Of a stretch of 44,309 nt of DNA, positions 1 through 9,526 are shown one piece after another. Position numbers and translations under genes: made by a program. The notes under the pieces are model-generated. The model worked only from the letters and a program-made list of their open reading frames with translations, was not told where the DNA came from and ran no database searches. How positions within the stretch are numbered: position 1 is the stretch's first letter; each line of letters starts with the position of its first letter. The DNA comes from Craspedostauros australis (taxonomy: Eukaryota). The DNA is taken from assembly GCA_030167865.1 (NCBI GenBank), contig JALAGF010004865.1:1-44309 (forward strand), written 5' to 3'.

Positions 1-3000
1 CTCGTACGATGATGCCGCCTTCGTGCGCTGCTTCCTCAGGTCCTTGTCCTCGGCCTCGAGCAGCAGGATGTTGTGAGGGAAGTTGGGACATCCCTTCTTG
101 GCCCATGTCTTGAGCAGCTTCACGCAGCTCCTTGCAGTGCTGATGTACTTGCGGTCCTTCGAGGTGCGTGCCATGGCGAAGCAGCACAGCGCCGCGTGGA
201 ACAGGAACTGGGGCAGAGAATACCCGCCAGTGATCTCCTTCACCCAACCCAAACAGGATGTAACAGCAATCGAAGCGCCGACCTCGTGGTCGCCGAAGAT
301 TGATGCAACGTACAGGGTGTACGCGCTCTGTATGGTGTTGGTGAGAGGAGCCAGCTCGTGGTCATCCGGATACGCATCTTTGTTGATGTCGTAGGCCTCT
401 CCGATCAGCTTGGTCGTGTGGCGTGACGAGCCGCGGAGGTTGAGGACGCATTGCCAGATGATGCATGTGATCTTGTGCTGGAGGCTGAGCTGGAAGTCGA
501 GCATGACGTTGGTGTAAACCATGAATTCGGAATCCAGTTTGGCCAAGGGCTTTCCAGTCTGGAAGGAGATGCTGAGGAATGAGCCCAATGCCCACATGGC
601 GGCTTCCATGTCGCCGCAGGCCATACCAAGCCGGTAGGCCTCCATCATCGGCTCAATAGCGTTCTCTAGCGGGTTCTTCCAGTGGTAGGTGTTGGCGTAG
701 AAGTTGAAGATTGTCCGGCTGTCGAAATCTCGGTTGTCCGTGGCGTTGAGCATGCTCATTCCGATCTCACCACATCGTTGGCCACCGTCAAAGTCTCCCG
801 TGGCAAAACCGACGATAATGCTGAGGAAGGCGAGCGCAGGGGCCGTGTTGGGCGTGATACCTCCGCTGATGCTACGCCGGAGGGTTTTGATCACAATCAG
901 CCCGACAATGTCTGGCTCCGTCAACACCGAGGCGGCCCCAAGCTTATCCAAAGTCTTCATCACAGCCATGCTGTGCTCATCCTCGGAGAGCGGCAGCTTG
1001 TCTTTCATATGAGTCTCGAGTGTCTTCACCATTCTGTTGGCTCCCATCAAGCCTCGGATGGTGTACCATGTACGTCCAGCCTTGGATTTGGGGAAGTTGC
1101 AGCCAAGCTCGGACAGCAGATTGACGTAGATGTCAACAGCAGTCATCCCGTCGTTGAAGTTTGTGGTGTTGACGAGGCAGATGTCAGCAAGAACGTGGTA
1201 GGCCTTCACCTTCTTGATCACCGGGCACTTCTGCTTGATGACGACCTCGCAGTAAGCCTGTGCTTGCGCGAAGCCGGATGTGACGAAGCAACTCTCAGCC
1301 GCGGACGAGTACAGCTCGATGCTCTGATCCAACGAGTTGCTCCAGTGCTCATGTGGCAGCAGATCGATGGCTGCCCTAAAGTACACAGAGGCCAGATGGA
1401 ATGCGGAAGACTTGACCGCATTCAATCCAGCACTGTAGTTGAGCATTGCGATCTTCATCCTGCGTTCCATCTTGTGATGGTTCGGCATGAGATCTGGTCG
1501 TGTGTTGAGAAGGTTGACCACGACGTAGATCTTCGTCTCCAGCTCATCGTCGTTGAGTCCGTACAGCAGCACCTCACCGACTCGGTACTTGAGCTCGGAG
1601 AGATCTTCTGGTGTCGGTGCCATCGAAAGCGCTGCTTCCTGGACCTTGTCATGGGTGAAGACGAATTTCTGCGATGGACCGTAGGTCTTGGACCCACGCC
1701 GGCTCTTACGACGATCCTTGTGAGTGGAGGATGATTCAGACTGCGATGGCTGATTCGTGATCTTTTGGATCAGACCCTCCCGGCAGCATTCGTCGAGCAT
1801 GGAGCGGATCTGAGGATCGCTCATGAAGGTCTTGGTTTCGAAGACCCTGCGGAAGAACCTCGAGTGGTCAGAATGGATGGTTAGTCCCTTCAACACTGTG
1901 CAGACATTGCCAAAGGAGAATGTCGCACCCAGACATGCCACGACGCAGAGGAATCGATGTGCGGTCGTCGCTTCCTGAAACTTGCTCCTCATGAGAGCGA
2001 AGATGTCATCAGCGGTGATTGTCGCGGAATCGACGCCGATCTTCTCGAGATCGCATGTCCACAGTGGTGGTGAGGACGAGGAGCTGTTGCGTCCGTACCG
2101 AATCAAGTTGCTTTTCACGAGCGACTCGAGGTACTGTTGCATGAAGAATACGTTGCCTCCCGTTCTGGCATGTACCAACTTGGCAAGCTGGCGGAGCTGA
2201 TCTTTCGGCATGCTATGGGCTGCAGCGTCATCATCATCCAAGTTGGGAGTGGATGAGGTGGAGACGGACGACACCGTGAGCACCCGTGCCAAGTACTCTT
2301 CGACCTGGTCTTCATCCAGATCGCGGACGGGAAGGTCGACGATGCGGATGGATCGTTCTCGCTTGGATTTCTCGAGCAGCTCCAGCGTTGCCTTGAGGGT
2401 CGGGTTCTCATCGAGCATGTTGCAGCGATAGGATCCGATGATGGTGAGGGATGTGTTGTCGCTGTCCAGCAGCCATGATTGGATCATGTTGAGGGATGCT
2501 TGATCGGCCCATTGCAGATCTTCGACGGCGATGACGACGGGGCAGTAGCTGCATAGTAGCTGCAGGAACCTGCGCATGACGTACTTGAGCCGGTCTGTGT
2601 GTTTCCTGTACTCCATGGCCATCCCGACGCCGAGTGTCGACACCGAGTCTGCAGAGGTAACGCTCGGTGCACAGGAATGGGTGGACTTTGAGGAGACATC
2701 CTTTGTTTGGCGCTCCTCAGGCTGGCTTTCCTTGGCGCGCAGGGCAGATGCAAGGGTGGGCATGACGTTTGAGAGTAGCTGCATCTCGGCCATAGTCAGA
2801 CCCTTGTGTAGGAGTGATCGAAGGCTCGACAGTGTCCTTGGATCGGTCGTGGAGGAGTGCACGTGCAGCTGTTTCTCCGGAAGCATGGCGATCTGCTTGC
2901 ACAGCCGCTGCATGGCCATCTGGAGGCCGGAGTACGGAATGCCGCCGAGCTTGTTGGAGAGCTCGCACTTTCCGAGGGCGAAGAAGCCAGGGAACGATGG

Positions 3001-3609
3001 ATCATGGTTTGCGCGGCTGTCAGTGCCAGGGCGGCTGTTCTGGTTCAGGTGCAAAGCCCGCGGCATTCTTCCTGATACAGCTCGCTTGAGATGATTGATG
3101 AGCGCCGACTTGCCACTGCCGGACTGTCCTGACACGAGCACCAACGTGCGCATCGCGCTCTGGATGACTTCGTACGTGGGGTTCGATGTGCTGTTGCTGC
3201 TTTCCACTGCGTTAACGTCAATGCTCGCGATTGCTTTCACATTCTCCACCGAACCGGTCATGGATACCCGGAATGGTGTTGAAGATTGGTGCTCTGGTGG
3301 GACGGAGGAGGAAGACGTTGACGATGATGTCGATGCTGATGATGCCGATGATGACACCGAAGCGCTCCTCCTCTTCGAGGCGTTGCTGCACATGGGCTGT
3401 CGCAAGTTCCTTGCACTTGTCAGTTTCATCGCCGTTGATGGATTCTCGATGGCATTTCGCAAGATCCTGAGCTCCGTCTGCCTCCCAACCAGGCCTACCT
3501 TGTCAAAGGCAAGCTTCATTATCGGATCGGCGTTGATCATCGAGTGACCCTTCGAAGGTCCATGAGACTCGATGTCGCCGGCGGCGTTCATCGCAACACC
3601 AAGATTCAT
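1..3609 (-). CDS. Large STAND-class P-loop ATPase (AAA_16 / COG3899-like NTPase plus helical TPR-like C-terminal region); 3' end lies outside the window
   Basis: Minus-strand frame open from ATG at 3609 (upstream in-frame stop at 3688-3690) to position 1, about 1203 codons. It is absent from the ORF track, most likely because no stop falls inside the window. Manual translation gives LVGRQTE, Walker A VLVSGQSGSGKSAL, FALGKCE..IPYSG, Walker B VVIAVEDLQWAD, IIGSYR, TGGNVFF, VACLGATF, FTHDKVQEAA and LNYSAGLNAVKSSAFHLASVYF, which is the motif order of COG3899-type ATPases. Confidence 0.85.
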   Translation of the reverse strand, partial: MNLGVAMNAAGDIESHGPSKGHSMINADPIMKLAFDKVGLVGRQTELRILRNAIENPSTAMKLTSARNLRQPMCSNASKRRSASVSSSASSASTSSSTSSSSVPPEHQSSTPFRVSMTGSVENVKAIASIDVNAVESSNSTSNPTYEVIQSAMRTLVLVSGQSGSGKSALINHLKRAVSGRMPRALHLNQNSRPGTDSRANHDPSFPGFFALGKCELSNKLGGIPYSGLQMAMQRLCKQIAMLPEKQLHVHSSTTDPRTLSSLRSLLHKGLTMAEMQLLSNVMPTLASALRAKESQPEERQTKDVSSKSTHSCAPSVTSADSVSTLGVGMAMEYRKHTDRLKYVMRRFLQLLCSYCPVVIAVEDLQWADQASLNMIQSWLLDSDNTSLTIIGSYRCNMLDENPTLKATLELLEKSKRERSIRIVDLPVRDLDEDQVEEYLARVLTVSSVSTSSTPNLDDDDAAAHSMPKDQLRQLAKLVHARTGGNVFFMQQYLESLVKSNLIRYGRNSSSSSPPLWTCDLEKIGVDSATITADDIFALMRSKFQEATTAHRFLCVVACLGATFSFGNVCTVLKGLTIHSDHSRFFRRVFETKTFMSDPQIRSMLDECCREGLIQKITNQPSQSESSSTHKDRRKSRRGSKTYGPSQKFVFTHDKVQEAALSMAPTPEDLSELKYRVGEVLLYGLNDDELETKIYVVVNLLNTRPDLMPNHHKMERRMKIAMLNYSAGLNAVKSSAFHLASVYFRAAIDLLPHEHWSNSLDQSIELYSSAAESCFVTSGFAQAQAYCEVVIKQKCPVIKKVKAYHVLADICLVNTTNFNDGMTAVDIYVNLLSELGCNFPKSKAGRTWYTIRGLMGANRMVKTLETHMKDKLPLSEDEHSMAVMKTLDKLGAASVLTEPDIVGLIVIKTLRRSISGGITPNTAPALAFLSIIVGFATGDFDGGQRCGEIGMSMLNATDNRDFDSRTIFNFYANTYHWKNPLENAIEPMMEAYRLGMACGDMEAAMWALGSFLSISFQTGKPLAKLDSEFMVYTNVMLDFQLSLQHKITCIIWQCVLNLRGSSRHTTKLIGEAYDINKDAYPDDHELAPLTNTIQSAYTLYVASIFGDHEVGASIAVTSCLGWVKEITGGYSLPQFLFHAALCCFAMARTSKDRKYISTARSCVKLLKTWAKKGCPNFPHNILLLEAEDKDLRKQRTKAASSYE

Positions 3610-5145
3610 GTTGTTGATGATGTGATTGCTGTTGCTGTTGCTGTTGCTGTTGTTGATGCTGATGCGGCTGGCGATTTCCACCTTGAGCTATTGTGTTTCG
3701 CAGTTTCTCTTTGTTTCGCGATAGTGGAGGTTGGAGATGAACTGTGTTGTTGTGGGATTGCGAGATTATGCGTTTGCCAGTTTGCGAGGGTTTGTGTCGA
3801 TGATTGTGATGATTGTGATGATGATCTGATGATTGCGGGTATTGTCCTACCTTGTTTCGTCCATAGATCGTCCTCGTACGATACTTTGCTCGAATACAGC
3901 ACGCGCTTCCTTGTTGGTTTCTCCTGGCGGCGTGTTTCTTACGTGGTTGGCTTTTATGGACATTGCAAGTGGAAGGATCCATTGACACAAAACCAATGCG
4001 TGAGGAGAACGGTCGCGTCTTGTTTCGACGGTCCATATTTCTGTCAGTGGGGGCAAAATGTCATACTCCTCCACTAGGGTCACGAGTTGTCAATTATGGA
4101 TGCTGTTTCACGCGCTAGCTGAACGCACCGCTCGCGCTTCCCTCGTGTTCTCCTCTTTTTGTCCGTAGTCCCTGATTGGTATGTCTGCGAAACCATCTGG
4201 TTTTTCTCCTCCCAAGTCCCTACCACTTTGTACTGGTACTCCGTACTCTACACAACGACAAACCCAATGACTGTTCTCAAACGTAACGGATCGCTGATTT
4301 GGTCATGGAACCATACGATTAGAATCGTAGTCACAATCTACCATGAGTATCATGATTCGCAGCATTCGCCACAACAAAACTTCCAGCCGAACCTTCTCGT
4401 ACCAACTTCCATCATCCGCCGATGTGACGACATCTTCTGTCTCCGCAACCTCCATGTCCAACTTCCGTGCGCGATTTGGGATGTTGATGATCTCGCAAAG
4501 CAATAGTATCGTCCAAATGAATAATGTGTCAGAAAGAAGCATGGCTTGTATAGTATTATTGTGGCCAAAGTGTGCAATAAATACTCTACGTGTCCACCTT
4601 GTGCCGTCGCAGCGTGGATTGACATCTAGATACCCAAGTCTCCTGGACCCTTCTGTTCGATCGACCTGTACTCGTAGAACCAGCGACACGACATCGGCGA
4701 ACTTCGTCACGGGCTGTGTTCCAAGACTCTGTCAGTAGTTCTCTGTGAGACATAATGGGAAGGAGCCTTTCTCTTCCTCCCTTTCTGTCCTTGGACGTGG
4801 CATGACCAAAACCTATCTAGTCGGCGTGCACAAAAACGAACTGTCAACAAAGTCCAACGAAAGTGGGAACAAGAGATCCATATCCTGCGGGTGACAGACA
4901 GATCTTATTCATGCTGTTTAGTGTGATTGAAACAACAATTTTTTCAGAAATTTGCCAACAAAACACCAAAATGAAAACAGAAACAACAACGACAACACAC
5001 TGGTGACGAATCGTAGAAGATCAAGAGAGATCAACGACAAGAACGACATCGAGATGGCCGAAGCGGTTGCCATGCCCACGCTCGTTGACACTCCCAATTG
5101 GAACATAGGCTATCAGCATCAGACAAAGGCTTCGCTACGAGAGCA

Positions 5146-6159
5146 ATGGCCGTGACGGTAGAAGACGCGATGAGAGGTGCCAACGATGGTGATCTTGCGA
5201 TCTTGCGGAGATGGATGGAGCAAGGCGCTGCTGATCTGAAAGAAGGAGGGCAGGCCTCCGAAGGCATCATTGATGCAGCGCCAACACAGGCGCACTCGTC
5301 ACAATACTCGTACACCACATCCAGCGACGACCTCAGGAATCTCCTCCAGCGCCTCTTGCGATGCGCCAGCCGAGGCGGCCATCTGGAGGTTGTCAAGTTC
5401 TTCGTCGAGGACTGCAACGTCCAAGTCAATAACAAGGAGCATACCAAATCCCCTCTGCACGCGGCATGCCAAGCTGGCCACCTGCACGTCGTGAAGTATC
5501 TGGTTCTCGATTGCGACGCGGATGTCGCAGCCCTGGATCGCACCCGCACGACGCCATTCGAAGAAGCCTGCGCAACAGGCAACCTGGAGATGGTCCAGTG
5601 CTTCCTCTCGTGCGGCAGGATCCACAAGCAAGACTTCCGCATTGGAAAGTCCACACCGTTGCACCATGCCTGTCGCACGGGGCATCTGCACATCGTGCAA
5701 TGCCTCCTGAAAACCTTCGAACTGGACATCAACATGCCCGAGCGCATCAGTAAATGGACCGCGCTGCACTTGGCGTGCATGCACAATCGATTGGACGTCG
5801 TGCGGTACCTCGCGTCATGCGACGGCATCGATCTCAATGCCCGTGGCAACATCAGCGCGACGCCGCTCTACATGGCCTGCAAGCACGAGAACCACGAGAT
5901 CGTGGACTTCCTGCTGTCTTGCGACAGCATCGATGCCAACCTGGCCAACAAGCGAAGCGAAACGCCTTTGTTTATTGCGTGCCGGCTCAACTATCCCGGC
6001 ATTCTGGCGAGTATCCTGGCGTCCGGCAAAGGGGATATTCACATCAAGGACTGCGATGATCGGTCTGCGATGAAGGTGGCGACATCGTTTCGGCTGACCG
6101 AGGTGTACGAACTCCTGGTCACCAGCCTCCCGCAAGGTTCCAGAAAGGCAATCTGGTAG
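5146..6159 (+). CDS. Ankyrin-repeat protein (~7-8 repeats)
   Basis: Repeated TPLH.AC..G.L.VV..L motifs (SPLHAACQAGHLHVVKYLV, TPLHHACRTGHLHIVQCLL, TALHLACMHNRLDVVRYLA, TPLYMACKHENHEIVDFLL, TPLFIACRL). First in-frame ATG is at 5146; the ORF track starts at TTG 5098. Confidence 0.9.
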   Translation: MAVTVEDAMRGANDGDLAILRRWMEQGAADLKEGGQASEGIIDAAPTQAHSSQYSYTTSSDDLRNLLQRLLRCASRGGHLEVVKFFVEDCNVQVNNKEHTKSPLHAACQAGHLHVVKYLVLDCDADVAALDRTRTTPFEEACATGNLEMVQCFLSCGRIHKQDFRIGKSTPLHHACRTGHLHIVQCLLKTFELDINMPERISKWTALHLACMHNRLDVVRYLASCDGIDLNARGNISATPLYMACKHENHEIVDFLLSCDSIDANLANKRSETPLFIACRLNYPGILASILASGKGDIHIKDCDDRSAMKVATSFRLTEVYELLVTSLPQGSRKAIW

Positions 6160-6326
6160 AGTACTTGTACGTAGACATATCTCATGTCACATCATACACG
6201 GCTATGTTCCTGCGCTGAAAGAAAATACAGTCCTAGGGTCGCCACGAACGATGGAGTGAGCAACAACCAGAATGTTCCCCCCTGCATGTCAGGTCAGATG
6301 AGAAGAGGCCACAATCCCATCGCACG

Positions 6327-6560
6327 ATGGGTACGACGGCGCATGCAATCACCACGGAAGCAGAGCCAGATAGGTCCATCTGCTCTACTGACACCTTCGA
6401 CAAAACGGCGTCGCACTACGCTTGCAGAAATGGGCATCTGGAGGTCATTGCACACCTCATCGAGAACGGTTCCATCAGCAGCTTGGATGTGCACTGCTGC
6501 GGCGGATGCGGGGATATGCGTATGGTCAAGTGCAACCACGCGCCAACGGTGGAAGGCTGA
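6327..6560 (+). pseudogene. Decayed ankyrin-repeat fragment
   Basis: One ankyrin repeat (DTFDKTASHYACRNGHLEVIAHLIE) sits in a 77-codon ORF just downstream of the intact ankyrin gene, with no long frame around it. Confidence 0.5.
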
Positions 6561-7202
6561 GCGATCTGTATGCCACATTGAAATCAACGGCGTTGGGTTT
6601 TGCCTGCCGTTATGGAGGTGGTGGTCAATCTGATGTCTCACGCATACGATGGCAGTGAGGACCTGCGCACGAGCAGGGCCTTGCAATACGCGTTTCACAC
6701 GACGGGGTGCTATGGAATCTCTGCTGACACATCGACGATGGCAGACCGTTGCATGGCTCCCGTTTGGGGCTTGCCGATGGCCCGAACATGGCAGACCAAT
6801 TGGAATGCCAGATTCGGGATTAGCTTTGTGATGATTGAGGGAATCGTGGTGCAGTTGTCACCAGCACCAGCACAATACACAAAATACGAGCTCGTAATCG
6901 GATGATGTTAACCGCAAATGAAAAGGTCATGGGAATACCAATGGAGTTAGACGCTTGAAATGTATTATGGTAGATTTACTATTGCACTGAAATAGTCCGA
7001 AGGGGATCGAGTTCGGCAGAGTTGAATGTCTCAAGCCATGACATCCATACTCATTGCGTATGATGCTAGTGACGCGACGCGAGAAGATTGCACTGTGTCA
7101 TGCACCAACACCGAGATGGACGGAATCCACACCACCAACGGCACGGTCCCGTTGTTTCGAATTGGCCAAGAGCGTGATGGGCCTCCTCGTCTCGTCTCTT
7201 TT

Positions 7203-8213
7203 CTATTCTTCACTATCTTCGTCCTCATCATCGTCCTCGTCGTCATCTTCGTCCTCTTCGTCGTCCGCACTCTCTTCCGCCGGCGTCGGCGCTGGTGTTG
7301 GCTTTGACTTCTTTTGCTTGGTTGGCGAAGGCGTCGCTACCGGTGCGGCCCCCTTGGCGTTTTTGCCGTCCAGCGGCGCCTTGGTCATTTTCGGTGCCGC
7401 CTCCACCTTCTTGAGGGTCTTGATCTTGTCCTTCGACACCGTGACTTCGTAATCGTCGCCTGTCTTCTCTTTGAGTTGCGCCTCGATGACTTCCTTGAGC
7501 ACAGCTGCGGCCGTTTCATGTATATCATCTTCCTCTTTGTTGACGATGGTCTCCACCTCGTCTCGCAGCTCCACCTCAATCATGTTCTCTTCGGCCTTGA
7601 TGTCATCGAAGGACATATCGGGCTTCCCCTCCTCGCCGTCTGCGGTGTCGGATTCGATTTCTGCTTTGAGCTTGTCCATCTCGTCGCTCTTGGCCTTGTC
7701 TGCCTTTTGCTTGATGTCGTCCTTGACTCTGGACTCGAGCGTCTCGACGCATTTCTCGGCAATCTTCGCAATTTCCCCTTCCTCGAGAATGTCCGGGTGG
7801 TGCTTCTTGCCAAAGATCCTGTTGACCTGTTTCGTCATCCAATCGTTTTCCGTTTTCAATTTTTTCTCAAGGATGGTGTTCATCTCATCCACCTTGGCGC
7901 CCTCCACTTCCCCGAGCTTGTCCTCTTCAGACTTGACAATTTCGTTGACGCTCTTGCCATCGATCTTATCCTCTTCGTCACCTTCGGATTTGGTGTCCTC
8001 CACGACGTTGATGGTTTCCACCTTCGTGTGCTGCGTGATCTGTCCCGAACGCGGCGCCTGCGATGACGAGCTGCCGCCGCTGCTGCTGCTCAGCGCGAGG
8101 ACGAAGAAGATGGCGATGCCTGCGGCGGCGAAGTAGGCGAATTTGTTGCGGCCGCCAGCACCATCGGCGGCGTTTTTGCCGGAGCTGTTCGAAGGCGATG
8201 TTGAATGTAACAT
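7203..8213 (-). CDS. Type II membrane/anchored protein with E/K-rich coiled-coil region, P/T/K linker and poly-D/E C-terminus; function unknown
   Basis: 344-codon ORF with likely ATG at 8213 (aaaATG). Hydrophobic segment FAYFAAAGIAIFFVLAL follows basic residues, then a charged helical region and the tail DDEEDEDDDEDDDEDEDSEE. Confidence 0.75.
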   Translation of the reverse strand: MLHSTSPSNSSGKNAADGAGGRNKFAYFAAAGIAIFFVLALSSSSGGSSSSQAPRSGQITQHTKVETINVVEDTKSEGDEEDKIDGKSVNEIVKSEEDKLGEVEGAKVDEMNTILEKKLKTENDWMTKQVNRIFGKKHHPDILEEGEIAKIAEKCVETLESRVKDDIKQKADKAKSDEMDKLKAEIESDTADGEEGKPDMSFDDIKAEENMIEVELRDEVETIVNKEEDDIHETAAAVLKEVIEAQLKEKTGDDYEVTVSKDKIKTLKKVEAAPKMTKAPLDGKNAKGAAPVATPSPTKQKKSKPTPAPTPAEESADDEEDEDDDEDDDEDEDSEE

Positions 8214-9526
8214 TTTACAATATTGTTGTGTACACAAGACGAGTTAGAGCAAAGATGGGGGTGAAGGAAGCGACGAAAATGGCAGTTGAAGTCGATGTGA
8301 GAGTGTGTTTTAGCAGGGTAGAAAGCAGCAATGGTTGACGCACATGCAGTAGTTGTAGCTCGTAGAGCAGAGGCTGGTCAGCAGGCAACAACGAATTGCT
8401 GCAATAGCCACAGCTCAGTTCATCCACCCACCCATCGCTGGGTCCGTGTTCGCAGCGACGGAACGAATGCCGCCACGATTCGAATGACCGCCGTCTCCCT
8501 TGCTTTTCTCACATACCTTGCTCCTGAGACTGGTCTCATCTTGCTGCGCTATTCGGAATACGCGTTCCCGTTGCTTGATCTGCTCTGTTTGCTTGATTTC
8601 GTTACTTCCAACGACTTCTGTAGTCGCAAGAGTTGGAGTGGAGTGATGGTACGGACCGCCGGAGTATAGTATGGACAGGATTGGTATGGATGGGATTTGA
8701 TCATCGAATCTGGAGGCGCCAGAGATCCTCGCGGCAACGATGTTTGCATTTGGCGCGTTGTTCCATTGTCGTCGCGTTCTGTCGTGCTTCGCTGAATCCT
8801 CAAGGGTGCTGATTCGTGTCGTTGTCGTTATCGGTGACCGTGGATGACCGCCGAAACGAGCGCGAAAACGGAGCTCGTGCCAACGATCCGTTGGGTTCGC
8901 ACCAAGGACAGACGTCGACACAATTGAGTTGGGAAACAGCACGCGATGGGCAACACGAACGATGACAATGACAATGACAATGGCGCGAAGATCTGAACGC
9001 GTTGGTTGCACACAAACACAGTAGACGCAAAGACCAAACCAACACAACTGCGGACAGGAGGGACACAAAAGCAATCAATGCCGCAGGCGCACAATTGCTA
9101 GCACAAGTATTATATTCTACGAGCTACAGAGGACTTCCAGAGAGTGCATACCAAGACACTTTGGAGACACAGCCATCACCAAAGGCACATCAACAAAGCA
9201 AACGGCAACAGCGAGGACAACATTCACCATACAAAGCGATTGACGAGTCACACAGCAGAAAAGGAAAGAACTGTTGCTCCCCACGATTCAGAAAGCGCCA
9301 TCTGTCTGTCTGACAATCGCTGCAATCTCTCCGTTCCATTGCGCCCAATCTCGCATTGCATTGCATCACAACGCGATCGCCACTCTAGAGAGGAAGGACG
9401 AGACGGCTTGTTCATTCAGCACAGCACCACCACCGCATACAGATTCGACAAACACACACCGATTCAGCCGCTCCAAACGACGACTCTCCTCCGAACCTCC
9501 AGCTTGCCAACGCGAATACGAACAGC

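Noticed and set aside
682-3547. Long + strand ORFs (682..1734, 2576..3094, 3095..3547)
   Set aside because: Antisense shadows of the minus-strand STAND ATPase; no motifs of their own.
4303-4738. Overlapping 115-135-codon ORFs between the ATPase and ankyrin genes
   Set aside because: No recognisable motif, mostly non-ATG starts, and no convincing splice model.
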